Virus record (IMG/VR): IMGVR_UViG_3300025770_000656
DNA from: a virus
DNA: 64,000 nucleotides
Direction: 5' to 3' (one strand)
Part shown: piece after piece, positions 38,288 through 47,712 of the stretch
Layout of the letters: each line of letters opens with the position of its first letter
Position numbering within the stretch: the first letter of the stretch is position 1
Notes under the pieces: generated by a model
Seen by the model: the letters and a program-made list of their open reading frames with translations, nothing else
Databases searched by the model: none
Told to the model about the DNA's origin: nothing
Program-made: the position numbers and the translations under genes

Positions 38288-39895
38288 ATGAAACCAAAAA
38301 TACTGCTGGTATACCCAAATCTTCCACTAATGATGTCACCAGCAATGAGCATGGCAATAATAAATGCCATTGGTAAACGTGAAGGTTGTGAAGTAGAAAT
38401 ATTTGAAACTACACAATACAGTAGTGAATTTAGTAACAAGCACATTAGGCAAAGTGAAATCGGTGCCGTTAGAGCCAACAAAGACGATGAAGTCAAAGAC
38501 ATGTTTTATGTTGCTGACCCAAGTCAAATTATTCCAGATTTTTTAGCGCATGTAAACAAGTTTAAACCTGACATCATCATGATGAGTGTCCAGGAAGACG
38601 TTTATCGCATGGGCTTGCAACTACTAGAAAGTATTAAACATTTAAACATACCAAATGTACTTGGTGGTGTATTAGTTATGAGTGATCCCATGCTAGTAGT
38701 ATCCAACCCACTGGTACATCAGGTTTGTGTATACGAAGGCGAACGTGTAGTATTAGACATTATTAACTGTCTTAAAGCCGGAAAACGTATCAAAAACGTA
38801 AAAGGTACCTGGTACAAAGAACGTGACACATTTGCTATATATAAAAATCCACCACAGCCATTAACTGACATTACAGAAGTTATACCAGACTATACATGCT
38901 TTGACGTTAAACGCTGGAACAGGCCCATGGGCGGCAGAACATTTAATGCCGCAGTCAGCATGGAAACTTATCGCGGGTGTCCATATAATTGTACATACTG
39001 CAATTCACCTAATACTCGCAACATTGCAAATGTATTTGATGTTGGTAATTTTATTAGGCGAAAAGATGCCAGCGTAGTGGAATCTGAGTTACTTGAGTTT
39101 AAAGAATTATATGATCCAGACTTAATTATGATACAGGACGACAGTTTCCTTGCACGACCAGCAAAAGAGATATATGCATTTTGTGAGATGTGGAGCAAGT
39201 ATAAGATTCCATTTTGGATGAATACACGTATTGAAAACTGTAGACCAGAGTATTTGGAAGCTCTTAAAGAGGCTGGCATATATCGTATTAGTTTGGGTAT
39301 TGAAAGTGGTAATGCAGAGTACAGAGAAAACGTACTCTTGCGTAAAGTAAAAAACGAGAAGTATCAGCAATTTTTATCACATATTAATGACAGCAATATA
39401 CCATATGGGTTAAACGTTATTGTTGGTATGCCATATGAAACTCGCGATATGATAATGGAAACTGCTAGAATGGTTCGTGATGCTAGAGGATATGATGGCA
39501 TTAACATTAGTATCTTCCAACCTTATAGAGGAACTAAACTCAGACAAATAGCAGTAGACGCTGGCTTTATGGATCCGGATCATATTAATGGTTGGGACAG
39601 TGGAGAGATAGGTGGTGGATTTATGGACAAGTGGGCATTAACAATGCCTGAACCTTATATACAGGAAGCGGATCTTAAAGGAATAATTAAAACATTTGCA
39701 CTATATTCTTTTTATGGTGATGAACACTGGCCACGTATACGTGAAGCTGAAACTAATGATGATTTAAGACAATGGTATATGCGAGATTATACAGCAAAGT
39801 TCTTTGATCCTCTGCAACAAGGAGGCGCAGATCGTATACAAAAGTTTTGTGCAATGCACGACCATTCCAGTACCTATCAGTGGGTAGAAGCATGA
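38288..39895 (+). CDS. cobalamin-dependent (class B-like) radical SAM enzyme
   Basis: N-terminal KILLVYP...KPDIIMMS...VLGG...VCVYEGE B12-binding-type domain; RGCPYNCTYC; DDSF; RISLGIESG; VIVGMPYET; FQPYRGTKL. Confidence 0.85.
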   Translation: MKPKILLVYPNLPLMMSPAMSMAIINAIGKREGCEVEIFETTQYSSEFSNKHIRQSEIGAVRANKDDEVKDMFYVADPSQIIPDFLAHVNKFKPDIIMMSVQEDVYRMGLQLLESIKHLNIPNVLGGVLVMSDPMLVVSNPLVHQVCVYEGERVVLDIINCLKAGKRIKNVKGTWYKERDTFAIYKNPPQPLTDITEVIPDYTCFDVKRWNRPMGGRTFNAAVSMETYRGCPYNCTYCNSPNTRNIANVFDVGNFIRRKDASVVESELLEFKELYDPDLIMIQDDSFLARPAKEIYAFCEMWSKYKIPFWMNTRIENCRPEYLEALKEAGIYRISLGIESGNAEYRENVLLRKVKNEKYQQFLSHINDSNIPYGLNVIVGMPYETRDMIMETARMVRDARGYDGINISIFQPYRGTKLRQIAVDAGFMDPDHINGWDSGEIGGGFMDKWALTMPEPYIQEADLKGIIKTFALYSFYGDEHWPRIREAETNDDLRQWYMRDYTAKFFDPLQQGGADRIQKFCAMHDHSSTYQWVEA

Positions 39896-40818
39896 AAGTA
39901 TTAGCATTTAGGCATCAATTTCAGGGCGCATTAGCAAATATGCAGTTTAGTCATCCAGAGATAGAGATAGTAGATTGGTTCGACAATCCATATCCAGAAG
40001 CAGATCATTACATTACATGTAACATATATTGCGACAAGTTTAGAGAAGACCCAGTATTTTCTTTTGTTGAGATGAGTAACAAACCTTATATGATATTCGA
40101 GACCGCAGTGTTTAAAAGACAAGCACGTACAGGGGATTGGCTGGATTGGCACTGGCGTTTAGGTTGGTGGCACTTGCTTGCACCTGGAAAGTTTAATAAT
40201 AGGAACTCACCTCCTGACAGATGGTTAGCACTTAAACAAAGACAAAAACTAGAAGTACTTCCCTGGCGTAAACAAGGGAAACATATACTAATACCATTGC
40301 AAAAGAATAATGATAGTGTAGTACAAACTATGATGGACAGATATGGAAGTATGCGTAACTGGCTTAATCACACAATACAAGATATACGTAAGTACAGTGA
40401 TCGTCCTATACTAATACGTCCCAGCGCAAAAACAAACCCATTAAGCTGGGCAGATGCTGAGAGGCTTCCGAATGTAAGTATAAGTACTACTTATAAAGAC
40501 AACCCAAGCACAGACGGAACGAAGTTTACAAAAAACATAGAGGGCGGGCCGGGATTATTGACAGAGCTAGCAGACGCATGGGCAGTAGTTGGATATAACA
40601 CCAGCACGTTGTTTGAGAGTATTACAGATGGCATACCCACAGTAAGTTTAGATCCAGACGCACTTACTGGGCCCTGTAGTATCCCTATAGAACTAATAGA
40701 AGATCCTCCCATGGATATAGAACGTGAACAATGGTTATATAATATGGCATATATTAGCTGGAGTATGGATGAAATACAACGTGGTGTTGCATGGGAACAC
40801 CTAAAGGGAAAGTACTAA
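39892..40818 (+). CDS. KpsS/KpsC-like protein
   Basis: HILIPLQKNND...RPILIRP...WAVVGYNTSTLFESITDGIP...REQWLYNMAYISW; ATG 39892 overlaps the upstream stop. Confidence 0.55.
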   Translation: MKVLAFRHQFQGALANMQFSHPEIEIVDWFDNPYPEADHYITCNIYCDKFREDPVFSFVEMSNKPYMIFETAVFKRQARTGDWLDWHWRLGWWHLLAPGKFNNRNSPPDRWLALKQRQKLEVLPWRKQGKHILIPLQKNNDSVVQTMMDRYGSMRNWLNHTIQDIRKYSDRPILIRPSAKTNPLSWADAERLPNVSISTTYKDNPSTDGTKFTKNIEGGPGLLTELADAWAVVGYNTSTLFESITDGIPTVSLDPDALTGPCSIPIELIEDPPMDIEREQWLYNMAYISWSMDEIQRGVAWEHLKGKY

Positions 40819-41774
40819 TGCAGGAGATAGACAGGGCAGTTATAGAGATAAATGGCGGATGTAATTATACCTGTCAGATGTGTCCGCAAACTAATCCTGA
40901 CGGCTCAACAGGTGCTAGAGGAAAACCCTGGCTTAAAAAAATGCCAATCACTATGTTTGAAGATGCAGTTGCACAATGTGTTGAAGCAGGATTGGGCGTT
41001 GTTAATTTAGACGGCAGCGGAGAGGCAACCTTAAACAGAAACATGGCAGAGTATATTGCTATTGTAAAAAAATACGATGTTAAGTGTTTTATTTTTAGCA
41101 ATGGATACCGTATGCATGGACAATTTATGGAGGAATGTGTAGATGCTGGCTTAGACTTTTACAGGTTTAGTATCATTGGTTATAATAAAGAAACATACAA
41201 GACTTGGATGAACGTTGATAACTTTGATAAGGTCATTGAAAACTTACACGCTATGATGGACTATAGCAAAGGAACTAACTGCCAAGTAGCCACTTATCAT
41301 TTAATATTAGATAACGATAACATAGACTATGAAACAGAACAATACCGTAAAATAGTAGATGCCGCTGGATGTAGTACTGAGATATGGAAAATGCATAACT
41401 GGAGTGGCGTATATGATCCTGATTACTCTAGAGAAGGCAGAATCAAAACATGCGGAAGACCATTTAGTCCGGACATTGTAATACGTGCAGGTGGCAATGA
41501 TGGCAAAACAGGTGCAGTTCATCCGTGTTGTCAGGTATTAGGCAATGACAGTGCCGCAGTACTAGGACATTTTAGTGAAATGACTGTACAAGAAATTATG
41601 ACAGGCGATTTATACGAAGAGCTTAGAGAACAACACCGCACAGGTAACTATCCAGATTTTTGTAAAACCTGTGACTTCTTAATTGATGATCCAGAAACCA
41701 TGGTATACACTAACAGCGGCCGTAGCGAAATGCACATGAACGGAACTAAGTTTAGTCTTAATGATTACAGATAA
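40818..41774 (+). CDS. radical SAM/SPASM-twitch domain protein
   Basis: GCNYTCQMCP; GSGEATLN; C-terminal CGRPF...HPCC...FCKTC. Confidence 0.88.
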   Translation: MQEIDRAVIEINGGCNYTCQMCPQTNPDGSTGARGKPWLKKMPITMFEDAVAQCVEAGLGVVNLDGSGEATLNRNMAEYIAIVKKYDVKCFIFSNGYRMHGQFMEECVDAGLDFYRFSIIGYNKETYKTWMNVDNFDKVIENLHAMMDYSKGTNCQVATYHLILDNDNIDYETEQYRKIVDAAGCSTEIWKMHNWSGVYDPDYSREGRIKTCGRPFSPDIVIRAGGNDGKTGAVHPCCQVLGNDSAAVLGHFSEMTVQEIMTGDLYEELREQHRTGNYPDFCKTCDFLIDDPETMVYTNSGRSEMHMNGTKFSLNDYR

Positions 41775-41825
41775 TGTTTGCAGTTTGTAAATTTTAATGT
41801 ATAATAAAAGTGGATAAGATATATC

Positions 41826-42515
41826 ATGATTATAAATGATTTAGAAATTTATGGAAGACGTAGTAACAAAACAATTGAGTTTATACACATGTATACACAA
41901 AAACCTCTGGGAATTAAATGTAAATTTAACGAATGGGGGTTCCGCGGCCCAGACTATAATGAGTATGTTGGGCTTCCAGTTAATATATGTCTTGGAGACA
42001 GCTTTACAGTAAACACAGGCGGGCCAGTAGAAGATTGCTGGGCAAGCCAATTAGAAGAAATACTGGGCTATCCTACACTCAACTTTGGCTTAGATGGTGC
42101 AGGGAACGATGCTATGAAGCTAATCTACGACCGTGTTATTAATTACTTTGACATACAGAATGTATTTGTTATGTATTCCTTTCTTCATAGACGACTAATA
42201 CACGGCTTGTTATCACAATCAGCAGAGTCAGACTTAGATATGAACATACGATACTTTGAACAACAATTTATACCAAACGCCCAGTATACATTTATACCAG
42301 AATGGTGCTGGGGCGACGAAGAAGCCAATTACATTAGAGCAGAGTATTCACAACAATTGCCGGATAGCTATACTCAGTGGCAAGCAACTGGATACGCAAA
42401 AAAGAAACATCGTATACAGGCTTTAGACAAAGATCTATTTAATTCAGACGGTATGCACATGAGTCGAGAACGCAACCAATCAGTGGCAGAATACTTTGCT
42501 AAACTTATATTATAA
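41826..42515 (+). CDS. SGNH/GDSL-like protein (paralogue 2)
   Basis: CLGDSFT...NFGLDGAGND...DGMHM. Confidence 0.6.
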   Translation: MIINDLEIYGRRSNKTIEFIHMYTQKPLGIKCKFNEWGFRGPDYNEYVGLPVNICLGDSFTVNTGGPVEDCWASQLEEILGYPTLNFGLDGAGNDAMKLIYDRVINYFDIQNVFVMYSFLHRRLIHGLLSQSAESDLDMNIRYFEQQFIPNAQYTFIPEWCWGDEEANYIRAEYSQQLPDSYTQWQATGYAKKKHRIQALDKDLFNSDGMHMSRERNQSVAEYFAKLIL

Positions 42516-43308
42516 TACTAATAATGAAGACAGTAAATGCAATTGGCTTATGGATAGTTTATTGCAAGGATGGCCTGGCTCAGCAACTGGAAACAGACAA
42601 GCACCAGTAGATGCTCCTGGTGCGTTTTGGGGATTTATCCAAAACAATCACGTACTAATAGCAGACCATCAACGCCTGGAGTTTGACTGGTGGTTCTGGG
42701 ACATGCCTTATTGGGGACGCTGGAACGGACTAAAAGAAGCGTTAAATCCAGATCAGGATTTTTACTGGAGAGTTAGTAGGAATAAAATACATGAAACTGA
42801 TATACTAGAGCGGCCACGTGATAGGTTTGCTAATTGGAATATGCCGGTTTATCCATGGAAAAAGACTGGATCAGAGATAATTGTTTGCCCTAGCAGTAAC
42901 ACAATGAGTCAATGGTGTACTAATAAAAACGAGCAAGAATGGACTGAGTCAACAATTAAAGAGCTAAAAAAACACACTGATAGACCAATTAGAGTACGTT
43001 ATAAACCCAGAGCTCAGGGAACTAGTGGCCCTAGTGTAGCATTGGTTCCATTTAATGAAGACATTAAAGACGCCTGGGCTGTAGTAACCAGTGTTAGTAT
43101 GTGTGCCGTAGAAGCAATTTCAGCAGGTATACCAGTGTTTTGTGATCCTATCAGTTTCACTAGACCTGTTGGTCAAACCGAGCTAAGTAAAATAGAACAA
43201 CCAGTTTATGGCAACAGAGAGCCCTGGTTTAATCACTTAGCGTATTGTCAATTTACACAACAGGAAATTAAGTCTGGTATGGCTTACAGTATATTAACGG
43301 ATCAATAA
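42496..43308 (+). CDS. KpsS/KpsC-like protein
   Basis: IIVCPSS...RPIRVRYKP...WAVVTSVSMCAVEAISAGIPVF...WFNHLAYCQF; TTG start. Confidence 0.55.
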   Translation: MLNLYYNTNNEDSKCNWLMDSLLQGWPGSATGNRQAPVDAPGAFWGFIQNNHVLIADHQRLEFDWWFWDMPYWGRWNGLKEALNPDQDFYWRVSRNKIHETDILERPRDRFANWNMPVYPWKKTGSEIIVCPSSNTMSQWCTNKNEQEWTESTIKELKKHTDRPIRVRYKPRAQGTSGPSVALVPFNEDIKDAWAVVTSVSMCAVEAISAGIPVFCDPISFTRPVGQTELSKIEQPVYGNREPWFNHLAYCQFTQQEIKSGMAYSILTDQ

Positions 43309-44225
43309 TGGCAAAAAAGACTGTAATAGTTTATAGCACTGGACGACACAAGACCACAAAGTTAATGTTAAGGTTTGCTAGTGGAATAAACCAAATTGAT
43401 GGACCATGGTGTGCAGAGTTTAGAGGTATTGAGCATTTTCTAGTCCATGGACTAGATCCTAAAGCTGATGCCATAGCAGTACTGGGTATACTACGTGGCA
43501 CTGGTCTAGCAATGCAAGCCGCTGCAAGTAAAAATATTCCTAGATTTTATGTAGATCATGCATACTTTGATTCAGGTTATTCTGGCAAAGGCTGGATGCG
43601 TATTAGTAAAAACAGACACACCATGAACTACGTAAAGGATGTTGCCAAGGACAGATGGAAACTTTACTTCCAGGATCATAATGAGATAATGCCCTGGAAA
43701 ACTCGCAGTAACCGCGGAAACAAAATACTAGTATTGCCGCCAACTCATGCAGTACAGTGGTATTTTAATGCACATGGATGGACAAACGAAATACTAAAGA
43801 TTCTTCATGAATCATTACCTAAACACATGCATGGCGATATTAAAGTTAGAACTAAACCTAATGAACCTATAGTAGACAAAGCAGGTAATCTATTAAGATT
43901 AGATAGTCATAAAGACGAAAATCCAGTGTCACTAGAGCAAGATTTAGCAGAAAGCAATATTGTAATATGTTACAATAGTAACGTAGCATTGCAGGCTACC
44001 CTGCAGGGTATACCAGTTATATCTAATCTTCACTGTAGCACATATCCAATAAGTTATACTATAAATGACCTAATTAACGATACAAACAATCCAGTATTTG
44101 ACGCCGAACCTGACAGGTACGGGTTATGCAAATGGCTAGCATACAGTCAATTTAAAGCGGGAGAAATAGCAAATGGAAAAGCATGGAACATGTTGCTAAA
44201 GATGCAGGAAGATGCAGGTAATTAA
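43308..44225 (+). CDS. KpsS/KpsC-like protein
   Basis: YVDHAYF...ILVLPPT...VRTKP...VICYNSNVALQATLQGIPV...WLAYSQF. Confidence 0.55.
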   Translation: MAKKTVIVYSTGRHKTTKLMLRFASGINQIDGPWCAEFRGIEHFLVHGLDPKADAIAVLGILRGTGLAMQAAASKNIPRFYVDHAYFDSGYSGKGWMRISKNRHTMNYVKDVAKDRWKLYFQDHNEIMPWKTRSNRGNKILVLPPTHAVQWYFNAHGWTNEILKILHESLPKHMHGDIKVRTKPNEPIVDKAGNLLRLDSHKDENPVSLEQDLAESNIVICYNSNVALQATLQGIPVISNLHCSTYPISYTINDLINDTNNPVFDAEPDRYGLCKWLAYSQFKAGEIANGKAWNMLLKMQEDAGN

Positions 44226-45314
44226 ATGGCAGTTAATTTTGGAAAATTAAAAATCATTACTGGTTTAGATGATGACATTTTTAAGGTAGAAAAGTTACAA
44301 CGTTTTGACCGTGTGGAGCAAATACCAGGCTGGAAAGAAGTTGGGCATAAACGACCTAAAGAACTTATTGAGTATCTACAAGGCATTCTAGACGAACCCA
44401 GATATGCTGCACAGGTGTTAGACATTGGACAGGTTGGGCAAGTACAAACTTATCATAATGACGTTAATCAAAAACGCATTACCGCCGCCTATGGATTTAA
44501 GATGGAACAAATGCTGGGAATGGGAAAAGACGGTCAAACATATGAAGCAACCAGATACTTGGACTATAAAAAGAGTCAAAAATATGTTGTAAAGATGTTA
44601 AGTGAATATGCCAAGGTGTATCATGCACATACCCAGCAGTTGTTTGAAATTTTAGATATGCTAAGGAACCCCTGGCATCCGATGATTCAAAAAAATATTG
44701 TAGTTAAAGGTGACTTTATATATTACCCCATAGATTTGCCTTATACAGAGGTTATGTCCAATAGAGTTAACATGCTTAAACAGTATGCTGAATTAGCTAA
44801 CTTTAATAAATGGTTAATTAAAAATACTGGCTTTTTATTCTGGGACATGGGTTTTACCAATGGTAGAAACTTTATGATGGACTCAAAAGAGAACCTTGTA
44901 TGGATTGACTACGGCGGTGCAGGGTTACTAAAAACTCCAACATTTAAAAGCATATGCAAAGAGTTAAAAATTAAAAAATTTAAAGGTACTGGGTTAGGCG
45001 ATGTTAAAAAAGAAATGCTAGTAAATGCAGACAGTAAGTTTATAATGGCTGAATTTTTATTAAACATCGATTACTGGTTTACTAAGTACGAGACAGATCG
45101 CGGCAATGCCCAGTGCAATGATGCTGACCTATACAGTAGCTTTATACAACTACGTAAGACAGTATGCTATGGCATTGTTGACAATCTTCTAGAACACGCA
45201 CTTAATACTGATGTTGCCCGAGGACTATACCAGGCTACTAAAGAAAAAAACTGGGTTCAAGACAATACTTGGAAAGACGTTTGGAGATTCTTAGACGATT
45301 TTGAACTAGAATGA
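44226..45314 (+). CDS. protein-kinase-like fold protein
   Basis: LGMGKDGQTY Gly-loop, YVVKML, WDMGFTNGRNFMM, WIDYG. Confidence 0.55.
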   Translation: MAVNFGKLKIITGLDDDIFKVEKLQRFDRVEQIPGWKEVGHKRPKELIEYLQGILDEPRYAAQVLDIGQVGQVQTYHNDVNQKRITAAYGFKMEQMLGMGKDGQTYEATRYLDYKKSQKYVVKMLSEYAKVYHAHTQQLFEILDMLRNPWHPMIQKNIVVKGDFIYYPIDLPYTEVMSNRVNMLKQYAELANFNKWLIKNTGFLFWDMGFTNGRNFMMDSKENLVWIDYGGAGLLKTPTFKSICKELKIKKFKGTGLGDVKKEMLVNADSKFIMAEFLLNIDYWFTKYETDRGNAQCNDADLYSSFIQLRKTVCYGIVDNLLEHALNTDVARGLYQATKEKNWVQDNTWKDVWRFLDDFELE

Positions 45315-46351
45315 AAGTTTTTAACTTTACAGACGCCTGCAGACATATATTTCCTAACAGCATTGTTATTGACTCTGCCTTACTATACCCTATAACTGAT
45401 AAAGGCTGGGATATAGAAATGCCAGACCGAGAAGATATTGGAGATAGGTTTGATGATGCTGACTTTAAGTTAATATTTAACCTACAAGACCACCTTACTA
45501 CCAAGAGCACTGGTATGGTCGGAGATGGTTTTGTATTTTACGATATACCGCTGGAACTAGCTAAGATACGAAACTTTTACAAGGGCTGGGCACCAAGTAA
45601 CCAAATTATTGTTGTGGTATGGCCACTTGGTTTGGTGGATGCGTGGCCAAAGCATGAATTTCATCTAGTAGAGTTTAGTTCACATCAGTATGAAACCTGG
45701 CTATATTACAAATCCGCCGAGGGTGTACTACGTGAAGCATTTAGTTATCTGGATAAAGACTTTGAATATAACTTCCTGTGCATGAACCGTATAGAAAAAC
45801 CACATAGAAAAATACTGTACAGCAAGTTAGCAAGTATGACCAGTGGCAATATTAGCTTACAAAGTGCAGGTCATGAACTAAAGTACCCAGGACTAGATTT
45901 TGTTACATATGACAGACACTATGATAATCTAAGTAACTTACTAAGCATTAAACGTAACTTTCAAACAAGTATGTTTAGTCTAGTTACAGAAACTCAGTAC
46001 CATGAACGTTTTGGTATTATAACAGAAAAAACACTTAATGCTATTGTAGCTGGGCATCCTTTTATAGTTGCTGGACACCATGGATGTTTAGACGACATAA
46101 AAAGCCTGGGATTTAAAACATATCCCACTATCTTTAATGAAGAATATCAGTATTTTGAAAATGACGAGCGTATTGATGCGATACTGGATTTAAATGGTGC
46201 ATACTTTACTCGTATTACCACAACAGCATTACACGATTTAGTGGACGAGCATCGTGACATTATAGACTATAATCGTGATTACTTTTTTGATAGTTTTGGT
46301 CCAGACAGACTGGAATGGTTCAGAACACAATTACTTAATATTTGGGAGTAG
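45311..46351 (+). CDS. glycosyltransferase-like hypothetical protein
   Basis: FLCMNR..KPHR...FSLVTET...ITEKT.NAI..GHPFIV.G...LGFKTY resembles the GT-B acceptor motifs of fucosyltransferase-like families. Confidence 0.45.
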   Translation: MKVFNFTDACRHIFPNSIVIDSALLYPITDKGWDIEMPDREDIGDRFDDADFKLIFNLQDHLTTKSTGMVGDGFVFYDIPLELAKIRNFYKGWAPSNQIIVVVWPLGLVDAWPKHEFHLVEFSSHQYETWLYYKSAEGVLREAFSYLDKDFEYNFLCMNRIEKPHRKILYSKLASMTSGNISLQSAGHELKYPGLDFVTYDRHYDNLSNLLSIKRNFQTSMFSLVTETQYHERFGIITEKTLNAIVAGHPFIVAGHHGCLDDIKSLGFKTYPTIFNEEYQYFENDERIDAILDLNGAYFTRITTTALHDLVDEHRDIIDYNRDYFFDSFGPDRLEWFRTQLLNIWE

Positions 46352-47095
46352 GTGTTGCTTGCCAAAGTCTGTATCCCAGGGGTCTGGTTCTCCATGAAAT
46401 ACTACTAAGCTACATTGTGAATCTACAATCCATGATTGATCAGGATACACATATTTACTGGGTTTAGCTGGCCATTTATTGTGTTCGTCTAAACCAGTTC
46501 CGCTTTCTATTAGCCCGCCTCTGAAGCAATCCCATTTAAAACTTTGACACCAAGATTCTGGCCACCATGTTTTTTCATCTCCAGCTCGGAACCAGTCAGT
46601 AATAAAATCTTGATCTCCGCGAAAACGATTAATATATCCTGGAATGTCTTTTTTAAATTCTTTATATATTGAATAGTAGTCGGGTGCATGAAAGCACATT
46701 ACACTAGTATTACTTACTTCGTAATTTTTAATCCATCGTCTATTAAAGTCTTGACAAACAGAAAATTTTTCGGAATAGCTAATAAACTTATCAATATTAC
46801 CGACAATAACTATGTCTAAATCTAAGTAAAATACTGTTCCAGTAAATCCCCACTTAGGATTAAACATCTGCATCTTGTACCACCAATACTTTTGGCTTCC
46901 ATTAGCTTCTGGCCAATCTGGTACGTGATGTGTTATAATATCAGGTTGCTGATAAAATGGATCATTGGGCGAGTCTGTAAGAACATGAAACGTATAGGGC
47001 AGTGTAAGATGACGTTTAACGCCCGCATACAACTGCCCTACATGTAATTTCGGAGAGTATTTTCCGCCGACACAAACGCAAACTAAATCAATCAT
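46331..47095 (-). CDS. GT-A (GT8-like) glycosyltransferase
   Basis: WWYKMQMF...FYLDLDIVI...NTSVM...GDQDFI...VFHGEPDPW. Confidence 0.75.
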   Translation of the reverse strand: MIDLVCVCVGGKYSPKLHVGQLYAGVKRHLTLPYTFHVLTDSPNDPFYQQPDIITHHVPDWPEANGSQKYWWYKMQMFNPKWGFTGTVFYLDLDIVIVGNIDKFISYSEKFSVCQDFNRRWIKNYEVSNTSVMCFHAPDYYSIYKEFKKDIPGYINRFRGDQDFITDWFRAGDEKTWWPESWCQSFKWDCFRGGLIESGTGLDEHNKWPAKPSKYVYPDQSWIVDSQCSLVVFHGEPDPWDTDFGKQHLLPNIK

Positions 47096-47468
47096 TTTCC
47101 ATCAGTGTCTGTTTTCCGTCCTTGGCACTATAACCTACTGTGTCGCGTTCTATGTCATTATGGTCAAATTCTGCCCAATATAACTCAAAAGCTACAGTAT
47201 CTTCGACTGCTTCGAACTGATGCAATTCGCCTGGTTTAACTTGTGTAAAGTCTCCAGGTAGAAGTATAGTTTCGTCTATTAATTCGTAATCATTTTTCCA
47301 TGCACGAATTATTAGCTTTCCTGATTCTACAAAAAAACCATTCCACTTATACTTGTGTTTGTGTTTACTGCAAACTCCACCCTTGTGAGCTTCTATACGA
47401 TGAAACTCAAGAACGCCATTGGCGTGGATTAACTCTGTTTGACCCCATACTTTTCCGGCTTTTATCAT
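47088..47468 (-). CDS. cupin-fold protein (sugar isomerase-type)
   Basis: GKVWGQTE...CSKHKHKYKWNGFFVESG...PGELHQFEA. Confidence 0.7.
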   Translation of the reverse strand: MIKAGKVWGQTELIHANGVLEFHRIEAHKGGVCSKHKHKYKWNGFFVESGKLIIRAWKNDYELIDETILLPGDFTQVKPGELHQFEAVEDTVAFELYWAEFDHNDIERDTVGYSAKDGKQTLMEND

Positions 47469-47532
47469 GCCTGTACCTCGACTATAGTAGATTGTTTGGT
47501 CCTTACAGTATCAATAACGATAAAGTTATTAT

Positions 47533-47712
47533 TTACATACCATTCTTTTTTTCTTGGATTTCTTTACGACGCTCTTTAACAAGTTTGCCGATTTCACCTA
47601 AATGCTTACGAGCACGAGCTGCCGCAGCTTTTACGCCTTTTTCTTCAAAACTAGCATGCTCTTTAACATACCCTTCAACGTGTTCTAGAATTTTATCATG
47701 ATGTAATGACAT
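47533..47712 (-). CDS. small basic histone H1-like (Hc1-type) DNA-binding protein
   Basis: 59 aa from ATG 47712: FEEKGVKAAAARARKHLGEIGKLVKERRKEIQ. Confidence 0.6.
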   Translation of the reverse strand: MSLHHDKILEHVEGYVKEHASFEEKGVKAAAARARKHLGEIGKLVKERRKEIQEKKNGM

